Source: Octopus sinensis | Lineage: Eukaryota | Length of the DNA: 15,325 nucleotides | Assembly: GCF_006345805.1 (NCBI RefSeq) | Contig: NW_021825472.1 | Span: 1-15,325 of the forward strand | Reading direction: 5' to 3' | In this document: in pieces, positions 10,146 to 15,325 of the stretch | How the letters are laid out: every line of letters begins with the position of its first letter | Numbering within the stretch: position 1 is the first letter of the stretch | The notes under the pieces: model-generated | Databases searched by the model: none | What the model was told of the DNA's origin: nothing | What the model saw: only the letters and a program-made list of their open reading frames with translations | Translations under genes and position numbers: made by a program

Positions 10146-10229
10146 CTAGCAGTATCGCCCGGCGTTGCTCGGGTTTGTAAGGGAAATAACTATATAAGCC
10201 TTTAGATACCCGGTTTTGGTTAAACTGCA
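10146..10229 (-). mobile_element. Hel-A copy 3, internally deleted and 5'-truncated
   Basis: Intact 3' end (ctagcagtatcgcccggcgttgctcggg), then a jump at ~10200 to agatacccggttttggttaaactgca. Homology ends where LINE sequence starts. Confidence 0.75.
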
Positions 10230-10740
10230 AGAATACCAAGCATGTTTGCACTCCTCACACAAAGACGTATGAGATGGCTTGGGCATGTTAGCCGTATGAA
10301 AGATGCCAGAATCCCCAAGGACATACTCTACAGAGAGCTTGCTAGGGGTACTAGGTCTGTGGGTAGACCGATCTTACGTTACAAGGATGTTTGCAAAAGG
10401 GACATGAAGGCCTGCAACATCAATATTAGCGGTTGGGAGGCAGTTGCCGGCAATCGTGGAGTATGGCGACGTACCCTAAAAGAGGGAATACAAAGGATTG
10501 ACAGAGAAAGAGAGAGGAGAAATGAAAAGAAAAGAAGAGACGTCAACAAGAAACTATGGCATTTCAACCAGCCATGAACAGTCTTCGCTACATTTGCGGT
10601 ACCTGCCAGAGGGAGTGTTTGTCCAGGATAGGACTACACAGCCACAGCAGGAAATGTATTAGGACATGAAATGTAAAAGCCGGACTAGACTACTTTATGC
10701 GCAACTCCATTGTCTCCCGAGACTAAAAGGATGCCGACCA
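10230..10740 (+). mobile_element. 5'-truncated RTE-clade non-LTR retrotransposon: post-RT C-terminal region plus 3' UTR
   Basis: Translation IPSMFALLTQRRMRWLGHVSRMKDARIPKDILYRELARGTRSVGRPILRYKDVCKRDMK...W...A.NR..WR matches the RWxGHVxRM...PK..LY.EL..G.R..GRP..R(Y/W)KD pattern of RTE-type LINEs. It is followed by a short 3' UTR containing CATTGTCTCCCGAGAC. Confidence 0.85.
10233..10669 (+). pseudogene. Frameshifted LINE ORF remnant with a C-terminal Cys/His zinc-finger-like motif
   Basis: The frame of ORF 10242..10577 shifts, probably in the purine run near 10520-10540, to KRRQQETMAFQPAMNSLRYICGTCQRECLSRIGLHSHSRKCIRT* (TAC at 10589, TGA at 10667-10669). CxxCxxxCxSRIGLxSHxRxC is typical of RTE ORF C-termini. 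Confidence 0.82.
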
Positions 10741-10775
10741 ATGGACCGATCAGATATGCAGTAATTGAAAAGGAA

Positions 10776-11523
10776 GGAGGCGCAATGGGCCAGTGGTTAG
10801 GGCAGAGGACTCGCGGTCGTAGGATCGCGGTTTCGATTCCCAGACCGGGCGTTGTGAATGTTTATTGAGCGAAAACACCTAAAGCTCCGCGAGGCTCCGG
10901 CAGGGGATGGTGATGATCCCTGCTGTACTCTTTCACCACAACTTTCTCTCACTCTTACTTCCTGTTTCTGTTGTACCTGTATTCCAAAGGGCCAGCCTAT
11001 ATATATATATATATATATTCTGTTGTACCTGTATTTCAAAGGGCTGTTCCGTTGATCGTATCAGCTGGGACCCTCATCGTCGTAACCGACGGAGTGCTCC
11101 TGCAGGGGATGGTAGGGATCCCTGCTGTACTCTTTCACCACAACTTTCTCTCACTCTTACTTCCTGTTTCTGTTGTACCTGTATTTCAAAGGGCCGGCCT
11201 TGTCACTCTCTGTGTCACGCTGAATATCCCCGAGAACTACGTTAAGGGTACATGTGTCTGTGGAGTGCTCAGCCACTTGCACGTTAATTCCACGAGCAGG
11301 CTGTTCCGTTGATCGTATCAGCTGGGACCCTCATCGTCGTAACCGACGGAGTGGTCCTGCAGGGGATTGTTGTGATCCCTGCTGTACTCTTTCACCACAA
11401 CTTTCTCTCACTATTACTTCCTGTTTCTGTTGTACCTGTATTTCAAATGGCCAGACTTGTCACTCTGTGTGTCACGCTGAATAACCCCGAGACCTACGTT
11501 AAGGGTACACGTGTCTGTGGAGT
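10776..11523 (+). mobile_element. tRNA-derived SINE (SINE-B): one head plus ~3 tandem body units
   Basis: Head has an A-box-like TGGGCCAGTGG (10786-10796) and a B-box-like GTTTCGATTCC (10830-10840) at tRNA-like spacing. Body anchor gcaggggat recurs at 10900, 11102 and 11359 (full unit 257 bp). The first unit is interrupted by (TA)n at ~10998-11018 and an internal deletion. Confidence 0.8.
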
Positions 11524-11594
11524 TGCTCGACTAGAAGGCGGTGCTCCAGCATGGCCGCAGTCAAATGATTGAAACGAGTAATAGAGTAATAGAG
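11524..11594 (+). mobile_element. Isolated SINE-A 3' tail fused to SINE-B
   Basis: tgctcgactagaaggcggtgctccagcatggccgcagtcaaatgattgaaacgagtaatagag matches the SINE-A tail at ~5130-5197. Confidence 0.85.
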
Positions 11595-11667
11595 AGAGTA
11601 ATATATACATACACATACGCACACACATATGTGTGTTCATGTATATATATATATATATATATATATA

Positions 11668-12067
11668 TCTTTATATATAAAAGAATGGTTGTGTGTCTGT
11701 CTCCTACGATTTAGATTCCTAACTACTCCCACATTTTGCGGTGCAGTGTAACCAAAACCGGTTATCTTATAGTCGTGGTTCATATCGAGCCCTTCTGGGT
11801 ATTAGCGCGCGTCTACGATGAGTCTACGATTTTAAAAATAATTTACCATCATTTTTTCCCATTTTAATGCATTTTTTTCACTATTACATAAGGGAAGTAA
11901 CTCTCTGAAAATGTCTACGATTAGTCAACGATTGAAAAAAAAATTTACCAAATTTTTTTTCCATTTTTTGTTGCATTTTTTTGCTATTTTTTTGGCTATA
12001 ACTCTCTAAAAATGCTTATATAGTTATTTCCCTTACAAACCCGAGCAACGCCGGGCGATACTGCTAG
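11668..12067 (+). mobile_element. Complete 400-bp non-autonomous Helitron Hel-A inserted in (TA)n
   Basis: A|TCTTTATATATAAAAG...GTTGTGTGTCTGTCT at the 5' end. Hairpin CCCGAGCAACGCCGGG at 12040-12055, CTAG at 12064-12067, then T. No TSD. Confidence 0.88.
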
Positions 12068-12119
12068 TATATATATATATATATGGAAGGATGTATGTAT
12101 ATAAGTATGTAATTATATG

Positions 12120-12897
12120 TATTTCTTTATTGCCCACAAGGGCTAAACATAGAGGGGACAAACAAGGACAGACAAAGGGATTAAGTCGATTACATCGACC
12201 CGAGTGCACGACTGGTACTTTATTTATCGACCCCGAAAGGATGAAAGGCAAAGTCGACCTCGGCAGAATTTGAACTCAGAACGTAACGGCAGACGAAATA
12301 CCTATTTCTGTATTACCCACAAGGGGCTATACACAGAGGAGACAAACAAGGACAGACAAAGGGATTAAGTCGATTACATCGACTCCAGTGCACGACTGGT
12401 ACTTTATTTATCGACCCCGAAAGGATGAAAGGCAAATTCGACCTCGGCAGAATTTGAACTCAGAACGTAACGGCAGACGAAATACCTATTTCTGTATTAC
12501 CCACAAGGGGCTAAACACAGAGGAGACAAACAAGGACAGACAAAGGGATTAAGTCGATTACATCGACCCCAGTGCACGAATGGTACTTTATTTATTGACC
12601 CCGAAAGGATGAAAGGCAAAGTCGACCTCGGTGGAATTTGAACTCAGAACGTAACGGCAGACGAAATACCTATTTCTGTATTACCCACAAGGGGATAAAC
12701 ATAGAGGGGACAAACAATGACAGACAAAGGGATTAAGTCGATTACATCGACCCGAGTGCACGACTGGTACTTTATTTATCGACCCCGAAAGATGAAAGGC
12801 AAAGTCGCAATCGGTGGAATTTGAACTCAGAACGTAGCGGCAGACGAAATACCGCTAAGCATTTCGCCCGGCGTGCTAACGTTTCTACCAGCTCGCC
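12120..12897 (-). mobile_element. tRNA-related SINE (SINE-C), minus strand: one 5' end plus 4 tandem 183-184-bp units
   Basis: Minus strand starts GGCGAGCTGGTAGAAACG (A-box-like) at 12897. A B-box-like GTTCAAATT[C/T]C is present in every unit (e.g. 12816-12826). Units end at gaaatacc at 12302, 12486, 12670 and 12853. The central gtcgactttgcctttcatcctttcggggtcgataaa resembles, from recall only, a conserved metazoan SINE central domain. Confidence 0.8.
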
Positions 12898-12947
12898 TGT
12901 ATATATATATATATACATACACATACGCAAACACATATGTTTGTACA

Positions 12948-13324
12948 TCTCTCTCTATATAAACAGCAGTTTGTCTGTGTGTCTGTCAGGTTGTATCCTC
13001 ACCCTGACCACGGCTTTCAACCGATTCTCATGAAACTTGACACACACATAGCCCAATGTCATAATTCAAAACTGACGCACCGAAAATTTTGAAAAGTTCC
13101 CCCAGTTCTGGAAAAAAATCGATAAATTCGACATGGGGGTCGAGAATCAGAAACACAAACCACAGACTGTCTAGGGGACGCAACTCGACCTTTTTTAACT
13201 CTCAAAAAAAAAAGTTACCATCATTGTTTTCCCATTTTTTTGCTAATTTTTGGCTATAACTCTCTAAAAATGCTTTATAGTTATTTCCCTTACAAACCCG
13301 AGCAACGCCGGGCGATACTGCTAG
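12948..13324 (+). mobile_element. Complete 377-bp non-autonomous Helitron Hel-B
   Basis: A|TCTCTCTCTATATAAAC...GTTTGTCTGTGTGTCTGTC at the 5' end. The last ~110 bp are shared with Hel-A, including the hairpin and CTAG (13321-13324), followed by T. Confidence 0.85.
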
Positions 13325-13553
13325 TGTATGCATAAATGTTTTTTTAGAGATGGAAGGATGTATGTATATAACTATGTAACTATATGTCTCCCACACTATC
13401 AAAAATGTCCTTTCTTTCGTTTTTCCCTCCACCCCCTTGTTTCTCATCCCAGCCCCACCTTAATGTCTCTCTCCCCCTACCTTGTCTTCAATACCTTTCA
13501 TGTAGTATTCAGAAAAGGGTGCTTCACCTAGTCTCTAACCCTTAAAAAAGATA

Positions 13554-13914
13554 GGCGCAGGAGTGGCTGTGTGGTAAGTAGCTTGCTAACCAACCACATG
13601 GTTCCGGGTTCAGTCCCACTGCGTGGCATCTTGAGCAAGTGTCTTCTGCTATAGCCTTGCGCCAACCAAAGCCTTGTGAGTGGATTTGGTAGACGGAAAC
13701 TGAAAGAAGCCCGTCGTATATATGTATATATATATAAGTGTGTGTGTCTGTGTTTGTCCCCCCTAGCGTTACTTAGCGGTTCGGCAAAACAGACCGATAG
13801 AATAAGTACTGGGCTTACAAAGAATAGGTACCGGGTTCGATTTGCTCGACTAAAAACAGGCGGTGCTCCAGCATGGCCGCAGTCAAATGACTGAAACAAG
13901 TAAAAGAGTAAAAG
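13554..13914 (+). mobile_element. Near full-length SINE-A monomer with a small internal deletion
   Basis: Head, short TA/GT tract, body and tail in one piece. It lacks the attgcttgacaaccgatgctggtgtgtttac segment seen at ~5017-5048. Confidence 0.88.
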
Positions 13915-13931
13915 TGTATATATATATATAT

Positions 13932-14199
13932 AAAGCCTTGTGAGTGGATTTGGTAGGCGGAAACTGAAAGAAGCCCGTCGTATATATATATATATATAGG
14001 CGCAGGAGTGGCTGTGTGGTAAGTAGCTTGCTTACCAACCACATGGTTCCGGGTTCAGTCCCACTGCGTGGCATCTTGGGCAAGTGTCTTCTGCTATAGC
14101 CCCGGGCCGACCAATGCCTTGTGAGTGGACTTGGTGAGACGAAACTGAAAGAAGCCTGTCGTATGTATGTATATATATATATAATATATATATATATAT

Positions 14200-14265
<66 letters not shown>

Positions 14266-14413
14266 GGCGCAGGAGTGGCTGTGTGGTAAGTAGCTTGCTA
14301 ACCAACCACATGGTTCCGGGTTCAGTCCCACTGCGTGGCATCTTGGGCAAGTGTCTCCTGCTATAGCTCCGGGCCGACCAATGCCTTGTGAGTGAATCTG
14401 AAAGAAGCCTGTC

Positions 14414-14511
<98 letters not shown>

Positions 14512-15057
14512 CGCAGGAGTGGCTGTGTGGTAAGTAGCTTGCTAACAACCACATGGTTCCGGGTCCAGTCCCACTGCGTGGCATCTTCGGCAAGTGTCTT
14601 CTGCTATAGCCCCGGCCCGACCAAGAAGCCTGAAAGAAGCCTGTCGTATATAAGTATATATATATAAGTGTGTGTGTCTGTGTTTGTGTGTCTGTGTTTG
14701 TCCCCCCTAGCGTCAATTAGCGGTTCGGCAAAACAGACCGATAGAATAAGTACTGGGCTTACAAAGAATAAGTCCCGGGGTCTATGCTGGTGTGTTTACG
14801 TCCCCGTCACTTAGCGGTTCGGCAAAAGAGACCGATAGAATAAGTACTGTGCTTACAGAAGAATAAGTCCCGGGGTCGATGCTGGTGTGTTTACGTCCCC
14901 GTCACTTAGCGGTTCGGCAAAAGAGACCGATAGAATAAGTACTGGGCTTACAAAAAGAATAAGTCCCCGGGGGGTCGGATTTGCTCGACTAAAAAAAAAG
15001 GCGGTGCTCCAGCATGGCCGCAGTCAAATGACTGAAACAAGTGAAAGAGTAAAAGAG
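13932..15057 (+). mobile_element. SINE-A array: partial head, 3 heads separated by (TA)n, triplicated body segment, one tail
   Basis: Partial head at 13932-13980. Heads at ~13999, 14266 and 14510, the last two with internal deletions. ttagcggttcggcaaaa at 14717, 14811 and 14906. Tail ends at ~15057. Confidence 0.86.
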
Positions 15058-15082
15058 CTTTGGGTGTGAAGGGAATACACCT

Positions 15083-15325
15083 TGCTCTCCTTTCTCTCTA
15101 TCTCTTTGCTCGCTCATACACACACCAGTTCACATCCTTGCTCATTCGTCCGTCTTATTCATTAGTTCTTTCGCTCACTCATTCAGTGTCACGTGAACCC
15201 TCCTCAACCCACCCACCCACCCACCCATCCTCTTCTCCACCCTATCGTTCTCCCTTGCTCTTCAAATCAACCTTCGTGTATATCTCTCTGTCTCTCTCTC
15301 TCTTTCGCTTCGTTCTTCATCTTTT
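15083..15325. repeat. Pyrimidine-rich low-complexity tract including (CCCA)n and (CT)n
   Basis: Strong C/T bias on the plus strand; five CCC tracts at 15208-15226. Confidence 0.7.

Noticed and set aside
10242-10577. Intact host gene or active retrotransposon
   Set aside because: Only the post-RT C-terminus is present; it is frameshifted before the zinc-finger motif and lacks the endonuclease and RT core.
10776-10850. Functional tRNA gene
   Set aside because: A/B boxes are present, but I cannot form a convincing acceptor stem or canonical anticodon arm, and it runs directly into a repeated SINE body. The same applies to the SINE-A and SINE-C heads.
13528-15069. ORFs of 60-277 aa in the right-hand SINE array
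   Set aside because: Same SINE-A and (TA)n translations as elsewhere in the window.

Overview
Non-coding, AT-rich eukaryotic DNA made almost entirely of transposable elements and microsatellites. From recall the repeat families look like octopus/coleoid cephalopod repeats, but this is not verified by a search. No intact protein-coding gene is supported, and almost all listed ORFs are repeat artefacts. The window holds three tRNA-derived SINE families (working labels SINE-A, -B, -C). It also holds three non-autonomous Helitron families (Hel-A, -B, -C), all with 5'-TC, a shared 3' hairpin + CTAG and A|T insertion sites, and one frameshifted 3' fragment of an RTE-clade LINE. The recurring pattern is local tandem amplification of parts of elements: SINE-A head arrays (7, 11 and 3 heads per tail), SINE-B and SINE-C one-head/many-body arrays, a seamless head-to-tail Helitron trimer, and a 3.4-kb two-monomer satellite with a ~1.39-kb higher-order repeat inside one Helitron. 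The two large SINE-A arrays form a ~4.2-kb inverted repeat, and two different Helitrons sit in the two copies of a short duplicated target. I see no evidence of a novel protein-coding system; the interest is in TE-to-satellite conversion and modular exchange between elements.
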